In this document: positions 28,103-38,612 of the stretch, in pieces
Layout: each line of letters opens with the position of its first letter
Position numbering within the stretch: the first letter of the stretch is position 1
Assembly (NCBI GenBank): GCA_964430945.1
Contig: CAYSHH010000001.1
Location: 82,678-146,677 of the forward strand
From: an uncultured Candidatus Saccharibacteria bacterium
GTDB lineage: Bacteria > Patescibacteriota > UBA1384 > JAMDBS01 > CAYSHH01
DNA: 64,000 nt
Direction: 5' to 3'
Notes under the pieces: generated by a model
What the model was told of the DNA's origin: nothing
What the model saw: only the letters and a program-made list of their open reading frames with translations
Databases searched by the model: none
Translations under genes and position numbers: made by a program

Positions 28103-28639
28103 TTATTTAAGATTTTTTAACTGAAAACTAAACACCATCATTGCGATTCCAGCGACCAAAGCATAAACACCTAAAAGCCAAATCAAAATTGCTATTGTCG
28201 CACCAGGATAAGCAAGCATTACGACACCTAAAATAAGCGATAACACGCCAACAAGAATTATCATACTTTTAGCTGTTGGTGTAATTTCTGTCGTTCCACC
28301 AATTAAAATCTCAACTAATCCAGTGATAAGTGCCCATAAAGCAATAAGGTATACAAATATCACGATTGATATCCCTGGCCATGTAAGTATTATAACACCA
28401 GCGATAATCCCTAATACACCTTCGAGAAGAAATGTTCCCCATTTCTCATGATGTTTGCTAGCCTGGATAGATGCTCCGATTGCGAATAAACCTTCGCCAA
28501 TCGCAAAAATTGCAAACAACACTACCAAAACCTCTAGTGTTAAACCTGTCCAGAAAAAAGCCAGAAAAGCAAAAATGATAGCGAGTATTCCTCTTAAAAG
28601 CATTACCCACCAATATTTGCTCATCATTTTATTACCCAT
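28103..28639 (-). CDS. HdeD-like (DUF308) membrane protein
   Basis: 178 aa. Tandem DUF308-like repeats (GILAIIFAFLAF..., GVLGIIAGVIILTWPG...), 6 TM helices. Confidence 0.55.
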   Translation of the reverse strand: MGNKMMSKYWWVMLLRGILAIIFAFLAFFWTGLTLEVLVVLFAIFAIGEGLFAIGASIQASKHHEKWGTFLLEGVLGIIAGVIILTWPGISIVIFVYLIALWALITGLVEILIGGTTEITPTAKSMIILVGVLSLILGVVMLAYPGATIAILIWLLGVYALVAGIAMMVFSFQLKNLK

Positions 28640-28778
28640 GAAATCCTCCTAATGCATATTTGATTACCAAATATACTGCTAGTTGCTATGAGATAAAAAT
28701 AACTAGCCTGATTATTTAAACTATATAAGACAATATAGCTAAACTATATTGAATTTATCGACCAAAACTAAAAATGGA

Positions 28779-28859
28779 TTATTTTTTACCGCCACCAGCA
28801 ATAAGACCAATGATGATCAATATTACTATGACAATAATAACCCACCAATACCATGCCAT
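28779..28859 (-). CDS. Candidate 26-aa hydrophobic micropeptide (MAWYWWVIIVIVILIIIGLIAGGGKK)
   Basis: Unannotated small ORF. SD AAAAGGGG 7 nt upstream of the ATG. A single TM helix plus a KK tail. Not in the ORF track (below its size cutoff). Confidence 0.4.
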   Translation of the reverse strand: MAWYWWVIIVIVILIIIGLIAGGGKK

Positions 28860-29248
28860 AATTTACCCCTTTTACCCCACACGAGCGTGTGAGCTAATTA
28901 TTATTAATGTAATTATATCACTTTACAATAATAGGTAGTTGTTGATAACTAAAAATAATCACCAAAATGTGATTATTTTATGACTACAAAGCTCGGACAT
29001 CTCACTCGCTTCGCTCTTTAAAAACCACTCGGTTTTTAGTATTTTCCTCAAACGGGAAAACAATTGTTTTCCCGACCCCTTTCATGTTCGAGCCCTTCAA
29101 ACTACAAAACAAGACGAAAAAAGACGACATAAAGTCATCTTTCTTCGTCTGGCTCCCCGTTATGGTTCAGTACCAAGTATTTAAGGGTGATAATACTCTT
29201 GTCCGATTCCCGTAGTAAATCGATATAGAACTATCACATTATCACAAG

Positions 29249-30604
29249 TTATATATAAACTTTTCTATTTTTTAAGAAAATATCTGTATTAAGACATTTG
29301 AGTAAATCTTGTTTTTCTTGTTTACTGCCACACTCAAAAACATGCTTAATATAGCTTTTTTCATCAATTTTCTTTGGATTTTTGCGTATTTTGAGCTCGG
29401 TTTGTCTACAAAATTCATATACTGATTCACCAAAATTTATAAACTCCTCCATCTTATACCTAACTCTTTTATTATTTTTCACCTGTTTAATAATAAGCAT
29501 TTCATTAAATAGTTTCTCTAACTGTTTTGTTAAATCTTCTTCTCGTATATATGGCTCTTTACAGTCAAGATTTCTGAATTTAGTGCAGTGATAGTAAACA
29601 TATTGTTTTTTAGTGCTGTCCTTGCGAGTCTTAATTTTTTCTGAGGCAGTAACACCTGATCCACAAGCACCGCATTTAAGTATTTTTGTATAATCAAACT
29701 TCTTAGTATTGGGCCAGGTTTTTGGGCATACTACCAGCTTTTTCTGGACTTTATTAAATAAATCGCGACTTATAACTGCTTTGTGTTTAGTCTTGTACCA
29801 TTTCCCAGAACCCTTAGGAAATTCAAATATTCCACAGTAGTATGGATTATTTAATATTGAGTAGATCATACTATAAGATACTCGTTTATTTTTTCTAGTT
29901 CTAAATCTTATTTTATCAAGCCATTTAAAAATATCTCTACCGCTATATCCTTGATACGCTGCTTTCTGAAACATTTTCTTGATAATTGATATCTTCTTGC
30001 GATCAATTTTAATAGTATGATTTACTCTATTGTTTATAAAGCCAAGTGGCGCCATAGTAGGGCGATATCCCATCTCGCATTTTGCCTTCATTCCTCTTTT
30101 GGCATTAATCCCTCTGTTATCATTTTCTAGCTTTGCTTGAGATCCTAATATCATCAACAGGAATTTATCATTAGGTGAATTTCTAAACTTTTGATTATAT
30201 GTTCTAATTTCGGTTAAAAATCCATTATCCATCAAATCTACCAACACACCTAAATCTCCTGCATTACGGCTCAAGCGATCAATAGACCAGCTGATAATAG
30301 CACTATATTTCCCCAATTTAATATCATCAATCAATTGGTTGAAAACGGATCTTTGTCTTGATTCTTTGGCAGAATAGCTTTCGCGAAGAATATTTTTTAC
30401 CTTAATATTGCTATTTTGGGCATACTCCAGCATTTCCTTAACTTGTGAGTCAATAGACATTGCTTGTCTTTCATCTGATTCACTTGACTTGCGAGCATAA
30501 AGGCAATATCTAATTGACTTCTTCTTTTTAAACTCTGCAGTTTGGTTGTTTGAGGTAAAAAATGATGGTATATTTTTCAACTTATCTTTCCTTTCTATAT
30601 ACAT
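29249..30604 (-). CDS. Large serine recombinase (resolvase/invertase N-terminal domain, recombinase domain, zinc-ribbon)
   Basis: 451 aa. Catalytic Ser region CLYARKSSESDERQAMSIDSQ, DRLSRN, Cys-rich zinc ribbon CGACGSG...YYHC. Paralog of the recombinase at 51662-52954. Confidence 0.9.
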   Translation of the reverse strand: MYIERKDKLKNIPSFFTSNNQTAEFKKKKSIRYCLYARKSSESDERQAMSIDSQVKEMLEYAQNSNIKVKNILRESYSAKESRQRSVFNQLIDDIKLGKYSAIISWSIDRLSRNAGDLGVLVDLMDNGFLTEIRTYNQKFRNSPNDKFLLMILGSQAKLENDNRGINAKRGMKAKCEMGYRPTMAPLGFINNRVNHTIKIDRKKISIIKKMFQKAAYQGYSGRDIFKWLDKIRFRTRKNKRVSYSMIYSILNNPYYCGIFEFPKGSGKWYKTKHKAVISRDLFNKVQKKLVVCPKTWPNTKKFDYTKILKCGACGSGVTASEKIKTRKDSTKKQYVYYHCTKFRNLDCKEPYIREEDLTKQLEKLFNEMLIIKQVKNNKRVRYKMEEFINFGESVYEFCRQTELKIRKNPKKIDEKSYIKHVFECGSKQEKQDLLKCLNTDIFLKNRKVYI

Positions 30605-30666
30605 TCAGACTAATTTTTCAGATAAACAATGTCAATAAAATATACTTTAGCAAAATGAGACAAGAC

Positions 30667-30682
30667 AAATGAGACACTATAG
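30667..30682 (+). repeat. Direct repeat copy 1: AAATGAGACACTATAG, preceded by a tandem partial copy AAATGAGACA at 30653-30662
   Basis: Identical 16-mer at 38613-38628 (19 of 21 matches with flanks). The core GACACTATAGAA equals the SP6-promoter core. Confidence 0.7.
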
Positions 30683-30746
30683 AAAAGCAGGAATAAAAAT
30701 CTCAAACTATAATATTTAGATAAAGGTGAATTCAATATATATCCCC

Positions 30747-30776
30747 TTGACAAGCAATAAAACAAAGTGCTATACT
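30747..30776 (+). promoter_or_regulatory. Sigma-70-type promoter of the TetR gene
   Basis: TTGACA, 18-nt spacer, TATACT; 27 nt upstream of the ATG at 30803. Confidence 0.55.
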
Positions 30777-30802
30777 TTATTGGCTTACCGACCGGTAAGT
30801 AA

Positions 30803-31423
30803 TTGAAGGGAAAGTATATGTTAAATATAAACACTAGTTGTGATCAAAAAAAAATACTATATAATACGCAAAAAAAAATTATTGACACTGCTAGTCACTT
30901 ATTTTCTGAATATGGTTATTTTGGTGTCTCGATGAACGATATTGCTAAAAAACTGAATATTACAAAAGCTGCACTTTATTATCATTTTACAAGTAAATCT
31001 GAGATTTATAAAAATGTTCTTGACAAAGCTTTTTGCGATTTAAAAATATCGATATTAGAATTGTCTAAAGAAAAAGATGTAAATAATAGACTAAGAAAAT
31101 TAATTTATAAATACTTAGAAATAGGCACTAAAGAGAAAAATCTAATAAAAGCAATAGTTATTAAAATGCCTTCAACAAATAGAGAAATTATCAAACATAT
31201 TACTAACCTGAGAAGTCAAATTAAATTTATTATAAAACCAATAATTAACGAAATTTTTAAAAAGAAAAAAATAAGTGCTAGAGTGGACAGTGATTTATTG
31301 ACTTCATCACTGCTAAGCACTATGGATGGTTTCATTTTAGAGTATTCGTTTTTAAATAAAAAGATTGAAATAGAAAAATTATCAAATCAAATAACAGATT
31401 TGTTCATACAAGATATTAATTAA
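30803..31423 (+). CDS. TetR/AcrR family transcriptional regulator
   Basis: 206 aa. N-terminal HTH FSEYGYFGVSMNDIAKKLNITKAALYYHF. Confidence 0.85.
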   Translation: MKGKYMLNINTSCDQKKILYNTQKKIIDTASHLFSEYGYFGVSMNDIAKKLNITKAALYYHFTSKSEIYKNVLDKAFCDLKISILELSKEKDVNNRLRKLIYKYLEIGTKEKNLIKAIVIKMPSTNREIIKHITNLRSQIKFIIKPIINEIFKKKKISARVDSDLLTSSLLSTMDGFILEYSFLNKKIEIEKLSNQITDLFIQDIN

Positions 31424-31438
31424 CATGAAGGATTATAT

Positions 31439-34400
31439 ATGAAATTTACAGAAATTTTTGTTAAAAGACCAGTGACAACAATTATGATAATGCTGATTGT
31501 TATTCTTTTGGGTGTAGTTTCTTTAAGTGGTATCTCTTGGGATTTGCTGCCAGAGATCGAACTACCGATGGCAGGAGTGATAACAGTTTATCCAGGATCC
31601 TCTCCAACTGAAGTTGAAGAATTGGTGACCAAACCTCTAGAAACAGAATTAAGCACAGTTAATAATTTAGATTCCGTAAACTCTATTTCACAAGAAAATA
31701 TGTCCATAGTAATGTTTAAATTTAATTGGGGGGTCAATGTTGATGAGGCTGCGATTGAACTTAGGGATAAACTCGAATTAGTAAAAGCAAATCTTCCATC
31801 TGGTATCCAAACGCCAACTGTAATCAAATTTGATCCAACCTTAATGCCTACTATGGAATTGGCTGTTTCTGACGGAAAATCAATAGAAGATTTAACTAAA
31901 ATAATAAACGATACCATCAAACCTGATCTTGAAAAAGTTCCAGGTGTAGCATCTGTTGAACTTATCGGTGGATTGGATTCGGAAATTAAAATACAAGTTG
32001 ATCAAGAAAAAATGAGTCAGGCGGGACTGAGCTACGACCAACTTTTGCAGGTGCTAAAATCTCAAAATCTCTCTATTCCAGCAGGTGAAATAGAAAAAGA
32101 CAACAAAAAAATGGACGTTCGAGCAACTGCATCAATTGATAATATTGATCAGATAAAAGACATAATCGTAGGATATAAAACTGCAAATTTATCTTCCAGT
32201 GCTAATCAAGTCAGCACTGTTTCTGCTTCATATCTTTCCTATCAAGCAATACCTCAACCAGTTTATTTGAAAGATATTGCTGAAGTTGACTGTGATGTTG
32301 AAGAAACAACATCAATTAACAAATTAAATGACCAAAAAGCTGTTGGTCTTTCTATTCGCAAAGAAGGAAGCGCTAATACAGTCAAAGTTTCAAATGAAGT
32401 TAAAGAAAAAATTGATAGAATTCAAGAGGAGAACAATGTTGATATTGCAATTATTATGAATCAAGCAGAAATTGTTGAGAATTCTATAAACAATGTTGCA
32501 ATAACTGGAATTATCGGAGCAATTATAGCGATTATTATTTTATTTTTCTTTTTAAAAGATATAGGAAGCGCTTTGATTGTTGGCATTTCAATTCCTTTTT
32601 CAGTTATTGCCACATTTGCCTTGATGTATGCATCTGGCATTTCCATGAATCTTATGAGTTTGGGTGGATTGGTTTTAGGGATTGGCATGCTTGTGGATAA
32701 TTCTATTGTTGTATTGGAAAACATTTATAGGCACTTCAAAGAGAAAGGTAAAACTGCATTTCAAGCAGCAATTGAAGGAACTAAAGAAGTGGCTGGTGCT
32801 ATCACTGCATCTACACTCACTACTTTGGCAGTTTTCTTGCCAGTAGTATTTTTAGGTGGTTTAGCGGGACAATTATTTAAAGATTTTTCTTTGACTATTG
32901 TTTTTTCTTTAAGTGCATCATTATTGGTTGCATTAACAATACTTCCTATGCTGGCTTCTAAATTTATGAAAAAAAATAATGCAAGACAAGCAGTAAAAGA
33001 AAATAAATTATTAAAAATATATGAGCCAATAATAAAATGGTCTCTAAAAAATAGATTTGCTGTTATTGTAATTGCAATAGGTCTATTGGCGGGGAGTATT
33101 GCATTGATACCAGCTGTTGGAACCGAGTTGATTCCCGACATTGATCAAGGATATGTTGCAATATCTGCAAAATTACCCAATGGAACTAAATTAGAAAAAA
33201 GTGAAGAGCTGGCTGAAGAAATTGAAGTGATGCTTTTGGATTACGAGGAGATTAGCAACATCTCTGCAAATATTGGAAGTGACAGTCAAAATATGGCTTC
33301 AATTATGGGTGACAGCGGAAACAATATTGTTAAAATTAATGCAAAGCTTAAAGCAAAAAATGAACGAGATATTTCTACTGACGAATTTGTCAAAGAAGTC
33401 AAATCAAAATTGGAGGTTATAACAGGCGGTAGAGCCGAATCCTCAATTGCCAAAACAAATGCCATGATGGATATTGGAACAACGATTGAATATAAAATAA
33501 GTGGCAATGATGATCAAGATATTAAAAAAATCAGTGACAATCTTGTGGATAAAATTAAAAATATTAACGGACTTATAAATGTATCCTCTGATATTTCTGA
33601 GCAAAAGCCGGAAATTGAAATTTTAGTAGACAATAACAAAGCAATGAGTCAAGGGCTAGTGCCTGCTCAAGTCATTAATGCTGTTTACACCACTACAGGA
33701 ACTACAAAAGTCATGGAAATAGAAAAAGATGATGATATTATGGATGTAAATATTGAGCTTCGAAAAGAAGATAAAGCATCAATAGATGATCTTAAACAAT
33801 TAGAGCTAACTACCACTCAAGGCAAAAAAATAAAATTAGAGGAGGTTGCTGAAATTAAAGACTCTTTAGGACCAGTAAAAATTACCAGAGAAAATCAATC
33901 ACGTACAGCAACAATTTCTGCTAGTTTAAACGATACATCTCTTAGCAAAGCCGACTCTCAAATTCAAGAAATAATTGACAGTCTTGAAATCCCTTCAGGG
34001 CTAGAAATCACTCAAAGCGGTATACATGAAATGCAGGATGAATCATTTGATAATATTTATATTGCCTTAATCTTTGCTGCAATATTGGTGTATATGATTA
34101 TGGCAGCTCAATTTGAACGTTTGCTACATCCTTTTATCATCATGTTTTGTATACCCCTTGCACTTATAGGGGCGATATTAGGACTTTTAATGACAAATAT
34201 ACCTTTAGGTATTACTGCGATGATTGGCTTTGTAGTTTTGGTGGGTATAGTGATTAATAATGGTATTGTATTGGTTACTTATGTGGAGCAATTACAAGAA
34301 AAAGGAATGTCAAAGGAAGAAGCTCTTATCGAAGGTGGAAAAACAAGATTAAGACCTATCCTTATGACTGCAATTACTACAATTGTTGGATTAATTCCTT

Positions 34401-34564
34401 TAGCTCTAAATCTTGGCGAGGGATCAGAAATGATGAAACCTGTAGCTATTGTAGTAATCGGTGGAATGATTACCTCAACTTTGCTTACATTAATAGTTAT
34501 TCCTGTAGTATACTCTTTGCTTGATAGAAAAAAGACTGTAAAAGCTGATTCAATTCAAAATTAA
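31439..34564 (+). CDS. RND superfamily efflux transporter permease (AcrB/HAE-like, 12 TM, two large periplasmic loops)
   Basis: 1041 aa. N-terminus FVKRPVTTIMIMLIVILLGVVSLSGISWDLLPEIELP. Duplicated 6-TM bundles. No adjacent MFP or OMP gene. Confidence 0.85.
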   Translation: MKFTEIFVKRPVTTIMIMLIVILLGVVSLSGISWDLLPEIELPMAGVITVYPGSSPTEVEELVTKPLETELSTVNNLDSVNSISQENMSIVMFKFNWGVNVDEAAIELRDKLELVKANLPSGIQTPTVIKFDPTLMPTMELAVSDGKSIEDLTKIINDTIKPDLEKVPGVASVELIGGLDSEIKIQVDQEKMSQAGLSYDQLLQVLKSQNLSIPAGEIEKDNKKMDVRATASIDNIDQIKDIIVGYKTANLSSSANQVSTVSASYLSYQAIPQPVYLKDIAEVDCDVEETTSINKLNDQKAVGLSIRKEGSANTVKVSNEVKEKIDRIQEENNVDIAIIMNQAEIVENSINNVAITGIIGAIIAIIILFFFLKDIGSALIVGISIPFSVIATFALMYASGISMNLMSLGGLVLGIGMLVDNSIVVLENIYRHFKEKGKTAFQAAIEGTKEVAGAITASTLTTLAVFLPVVFLGGLAGQLFKDFSLTIVFSLSASLLVALTILPMLASKFMKKNNARQAVKENKLLKIYEPIIKWSLKNRFAVIVIAIGLLAGSIALIPAVGTELIPDIDQGYVAISAKLPNGTKLEKSEELAEEIEVMLLDYEEISNISANIGSDSQNMASIMGDSGNNIVKINAKLKAKNERDISTDEFVKEVKSKLEVITGGRAESSIAKTNAMMDIGTTIEYKISGNDDQDIKKISDNLVDKIKNINGLINVSSDISEQKPEIEILVDNNKAMSQGLVPAQVINAVYTTTGTTKVMEIEKDDDIMDVNIELRKEDKASIDDLKQLELTTTQGKKIKLEEVAEIKDSLGPVKITRENQSRTATISASLNDTSLSKADSQIQEIIDSLEIPSGLEITQSGIHEMQDESFDNIYIALIFAAILVYMIMAAQFERLLHPFIIMFCIPLALIGAILGLLMTNIPLGITAMIGFVVLVGIVINNGIVLVTYVEQLQEKGMSKEEALIEGGKTRLRPILMTAITTIVGLIPLALNLGEGSEMMKPVAIVVIGGMITSTLLTLIVIPVVYSLLDRKKTVKADSIQN

Positions 34565-34620
34565 TATTGAGAATATTACAAATAGTAAATAAATATTAAC
34601 CAGTTCAAAAGTGATATTAG

Positions 34621-35100
34621 ATGAAAAAATATCCTGATAAAAATTTTATTTCAGAGGGTATATACGGAATGGTCACATGTTTGGCAGTTATTTTGATTAT
34701 GGAAAGCCATTTATCAAATTATTGGGATGCATCTTTAACCTTATTTGGTTCTGTATTGGTAGTTACACTCGCAAAAGCATATAGTGATACTATTGCTGAA
34801 GTGATTACTCAAAAAAGAAAATTAGAGTTGTCAGAATTAAGAATAGTCTGGTATCATGCAGCCCCCATACTTATATCTGCAAATATCCCCACATTAATTA
34901 TTTTACTGTCTGGCTTGGGATTATATTCTGTGTCCACAGCTTTATATGTATCTAAAATATTCATTTATATTTTATTGTTTTTATATGGAATTAAGATGGG
35001 TCAGCTTATGCATGAATCCAGGATAAGGATAATATTCAGTGGGCTTATGACATGTGGTATAGGATTGTTAATTAGTTTTATTAAAATGTTTTTTCACTAA
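34621..35100 (+). CDS. Hypothetical polytopic membrane protein
   Basis: 159 aa, 4-5 TM helices, no recognisable motif. Confidence 0.4.
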   Translation: MKKYPDKNFISEGIYGMVTCLAVILIMESHLSNYWDASLTLFGSVLVVTLAKAYSDTIAEVITQKRKLELSELRIVWYHAAPILISANIPTLIILLSGLGLYSVSTALYVSKIFIYILLFLYGIKMGQLMHESRIRIIFSGLMTCGIGLLISFIKMFFH

Positions 35101-35129
35101 ATGTATAAATATTAAATAATTAATAGATA

Positions 35130-36083
35130 ATGGCTATCATTGAAGTTCAAAATCTAACCAAAAAGTTTGGCGAAAAAGCTGCGGTAAACGGCTTAAGTTT
35201 TGATGTGGAAAAAAATCAAATTTTTGGTCTTCTTGGAACAAATGGGGCTGGCAAATCAACAACTATTAATATTCTAAATGGTCTTTTAGTTCCAGATAAA
35301 GGAAAAGTTAAAATTCTTGGATATGATATTAAAAATATTGAAAAGGTAAGGAATAAGATTGCTTTAGTTCCTCAATCAACTTCTTTATATGAAGATTTAA
35401 CAGCACTCGAAAATATTGAATTTTTTGCAGGAATGTATATTAGTGATGAAAGAAAACTGCAGAGCTCCATCAAGTGTACTGTTAATAAACTCAATATTAA
35501 AAATATTTTAACAAAACAAGTTTCCCAACTTTCCGGAGGATATAAAAGAATTGTTTCTATTGCATGTGCATTAGCTACAAACCCAAAAATTGTATTTTTT
35601 GATGAGCCACTTACAGGAATAGATATTCATACAAATCAAATAATATTAAACATTTTAGAAGATCTTAAAAAGGATATGACAATAATCTTTACCACTCATT
35701 CAATAAAAGAAGCAGAAAAACTATGCGATTATGTTTTTTTTATTGATAAGGGTCAATGTTTTCTTCAAGGAAAAGTATCAGATATTATAGATAGATATAT
35801 CAAAAAAAATGGTCAGAATATAATTATAAAATTTAATACCTTGCGTGAAACTAGGAAATTTGCAAAATTTTTGCAATCAAATAAAACTAGCATCCTCAAT
35901 CAAAAAAATGAAGGTAAGTCGATAGTATTAGATGTTTCTAATCCAAATTTTGGAATTAAAGAAATATTTTTACTATCTCAAAAAGCTTCTACTACAATTA
36001 AAGATATCAAAATAAATAAACCTAATTTAGAAATAGTTTTTAATAAAATATATAACGATGAAATTATTAAGAATAATTATTAA
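35130..36083 (+). CDS. ABC transporter ATP-binding protein
   Basis: Walker A GTNGAGKST, ABC signature LSGGYKR, Walker B IVFFDEP, H-loop. Confidence 0.9.
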   Translation: MAIIEVQNLTKKFGEKAAVNGLSFDVEKNQIFGLLGTNGAGKSTTINILNGLLVPDKGKVKILGYDIKNIEKVRNKIALVPQSTSLYEDLTALENIEFFAGMYISDERKLQSSIKCTVNKLNIKNILTKQVSQLSGGYKRIVSIACALATNPKIVFFDEPLTGIDIHTNQIILNILEDLKKDMTIIFTTHSIKEAEKLCDYVFFIDKGQCFLQGKVSDIIDRYIKKNGQNIIIKFNTLRETRKFAKFLQSNKTSILNQKNEGKSIVLDVSNPNFGIKEIFLLSQKASTTIKDIKINKPNLEIVFNKIYNDEIIKNNY

Positions 36084-37551
36084 AGAATTCAAGCAGATCA
36101 CTCATGACAGAGGATTTATATTAACTCTTATATTTATCCCTCTTGTTTTGATGATAATTTTCAATGCCACTTTTAAGTCAGATGTAAAAAATCTAGACAC
36201 AATAATTATTGATAATGATAATTCAGTTTATTCAGAAAGCATTAAAAATGCCGCTCGTGATTCAGAATATTTTAATGTTATTGAGGACGATATTTCCTTT
36301 GATCAAGCCAAAGAAAAATTAAAAACAAGTGAGGTCAGATCAATTATTGTTGTGCCGGAAGGATTTTCTCAAAAATTAGATAATGCTGAAAAAACTGATA
36401 TGAAAATTTATATCGATTCTTCTGATTATACAGTTTATAATGTTATTAAATCTGCCTCGGGTCAACTTTTGAAAGATTCTCTAAAAGATATAATTAATCT
36501 TATTGTAGCAGGTCTTGAAACTGAAAAGGATGTAAATCAAAATAAAATTAATGAGATAAATGAGCTGACCGATAATTTAAAAGTCAAAGCGGATCGAACA
36601 AAAGCAAATTTAGACAATCTATCGTATGATTTTGATGATTTTAGAACACAGATTAATGATATGGAAAGCTCTATTACTGATCTTGATAAGTCGTTAAATG
36701 CACTTCCCAAGGATTCGGACGTTGTAAAACAATTTAGTGAAATCAAAAATGAATTCGATAGTTTAAAAGATAAGGTTAATAATCATCAGAAATCGGTTGA
36801 TAGCATTGAATATGATATAGATGGAATCAAGGTAGATTATGACTCTATTAAAGAAAAGGTGCAAAATATTGATGTTAAACTTGAGAATCTGAAAAAAGAT
36901 TTTCTTTCTCAGCCGATAGAATTTGAAAAGCAATTTGAATATGGAGAAATATCTTACTTTCAATATTTGACCCCCGGAATTATATCACTCATCTTATTTT
37001 TTATAGGTATATCATTAACACTTCTTAATCTAATTGAAGAAAAACAATCTAAAACGCTGTATCGCATGATGACTACTCCAGTAAATAAATGGGAGATATT
37101 TTTTGGAAAATTTTTTCTTTTTTTTGTGATAGGTATTTTTGAAGCAGGATATATACTCTTAATTTCTATACTTTTCTTTAATGTAAATATTGCTGGAAGC
37201 ATCTTGTATGTTTTTTATATTTTAGTAGTCCTTATGTCTGCATCAATTGGTCTAGGTCTTATGCTTTCAGAATTTGTAAAAACTACAAAACAAGCATTTA
37301 TGCTCGGACCACTTATAATTATTCCTTCAATTTTAATTTCCCAGACCTTTTCACCAGTAGAAGTAATGCCTCAATATATGCGATATGTCGCATATCTAAT
37401 ACCGATGTATTATTCTAATAATGCACTTCGTGATGTAATGATAAAGGGTGCATCTTTTTCAACTATTGCCCCAGAAATTATTCTTCTTACGCTTTATGCT
37501 TTTATCACGGTTTCACTTGGAGCATTAATCTTTAGAAAAAAAATCCAATAA
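36058..37551 (+). CDS. ABC-2 family permease with a large extracytoplasmic coiled-coil domain (YhgE/Pip-like)
   Basis: 497 aa. N-terminal TM helix, then a 250-aa coiled-coil-rich loop and a C-terminal 5-TM ABC-2 domain. Overlaps the ATPase gene by 26 nt. Confidence 0.75.
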   Translation: MKLLRIIIKEFKQITHDRGFILTLIFIPLVLMIIFNATFKSDVKNLDTIIIDNDNSVYSESIKNAARDSEYFNVIEDDISFDQAKEKLKTSEVRSIIVVPEGFSQKLDNAEKTDMKIYIDSSDYTVYNVIKSASGQLLKDSLKDIINLIVAGLETEKDVNQNKINEINELTDNLKVKADRTKANLDNLSYDFDDFRTQINDMESSITDLDKSLNALPKDSDVVKQFSEIKNEFDSLKDKVNNHQKSVDSIEYDIDGIKVDYDSIKEKVQNIDVKLENLKKDFLSQPIEFEKQFEYGEISYFQYLTPGIISLILFFIGISLTLLNLIEEKQSKTLYRMMTTPVNKWEIFFGKFFLFFVIGIFEAGYILLISILFFNVNIAGSILYVFYILVVLMSASIGLGLMLSEFVKTTKQAFMLGPLIIIPSILISQTFSPVEVMPQYMRYVAYLIPMYYSNNALRDVMIKGASFSTIAPEIILLTLYAFITVSLGALIFRKKIQ

Positions 37552-37600
37552 AAAGTCGTTTATTGTGAAATAAATAAAAATATTATCAAACATTATCGTT

Positions 37601-38446
37601 ATGAAAAATTATAAAGAAGCACCAGGTATTCTGGATTCAATTAAGAAAATATTCCGTACTAAACCTCCTAAAATATGCTTAGTTCTTGGTAGTGGGGGTA
37701 CTTGGGGTCTAGCACATATTGGGGTTTTAAAAGTCCTAGAAAAGAATGGTATCGTACCAAATTATATAGTCGGTTGTAGTATGGGGTCTGTAATTGGTGC
37801 TATATATGCACTAAATAAGGACTTAAATAAAATTGAAAAGATATCATCGGAGCTTGGTAAGTGGAATCTAATTAAACTTGCTGATGTAAATATACCCAAA
37901 AAATCATTAATAACTGGCAAGAAAATCAGAAATTTTCTAGAAAATATTATTGCCGATAAAACATTTTCCGATACTATAATTCCTATTAAAATCATTGCTA
38001 CTGACTTAGAAAAAGGAGAACAAATGGTTTTAAGTCGAGGAAGTTTACTAGATGCGGTTATGGCAAGTTCAAGCATTCCTGGGATATTCCCACCAGTTAA
38101 ATTAGATGAAAAACTATTAGTTGACGGAGGTGTAATTAACGCCACTCCAATTAATGTAGCTAGAAGTTTTAAGCCAGATATTATTATTGGAGTAGATTTG
38201 ACTATAAAACATAAAGCTGTTTTTAAAAACCCAAATATCTATCAAGTACTTATGCGATCATTTGATATATTAAGGAACCAATCTACTAAATTTTTTATTG
38301 AAGAAGACAAAAATACTATTATTATAAGACCAAATGTTGCTAAGATGGAATCATATAAACTATATGATTTGAATATGTTTATTAAAGAAGGAGAAAAAGC
38401 AACAAAAAAATGTTTACCGCAAATAAATGCATTATTAAATGATTAA
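37601..38446 (+). CDS. Patatin-like phospholipase
   Basis: Oxyanion hole GSGGTWG, nucleophile elbow GCSMGS, catalytic DGG in VDGGVINATP. Confidence 0.85.
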   Translation: MKNYKEAPGILDSIKKIFRTKPPKICLVLGSGGTWGLAHIGVLKVLEKNGIVPNYIVGCSMGSVIGAIYALNKDLNKIEKISSELGKWNLIKLADVNIPKKSLITGKKIRNFLENIIADKTFSDTIIPIKIIATDLEKGEQMVLSRGSLLDAVMASSSIPGIFPPVKLDEKLLVDGGVINATPINVARSFKPDIIIGVDLTIKHKAVFKNPNIYQVLMRSFDILRNQSTKFFIEEDKNTIIIRPNVAKMESYKLYDLNMFIKEGEKATKKCLPQINALLND

Positions 38447-38612
38447 TCACACTAAAAAACATTTTCTTCACACAATCTATTATATATTTCAAAACAGACA
38501 ATTTAGTATAAAAAGTCCCAAACTGCATCTGGCCGGGGACATGTCGGTCTGGACATTTTGTCTCTTTACCAGTACCTATATAAAGGTTTTAGGTGTTTAA
38601 AGCAACAGGTAG

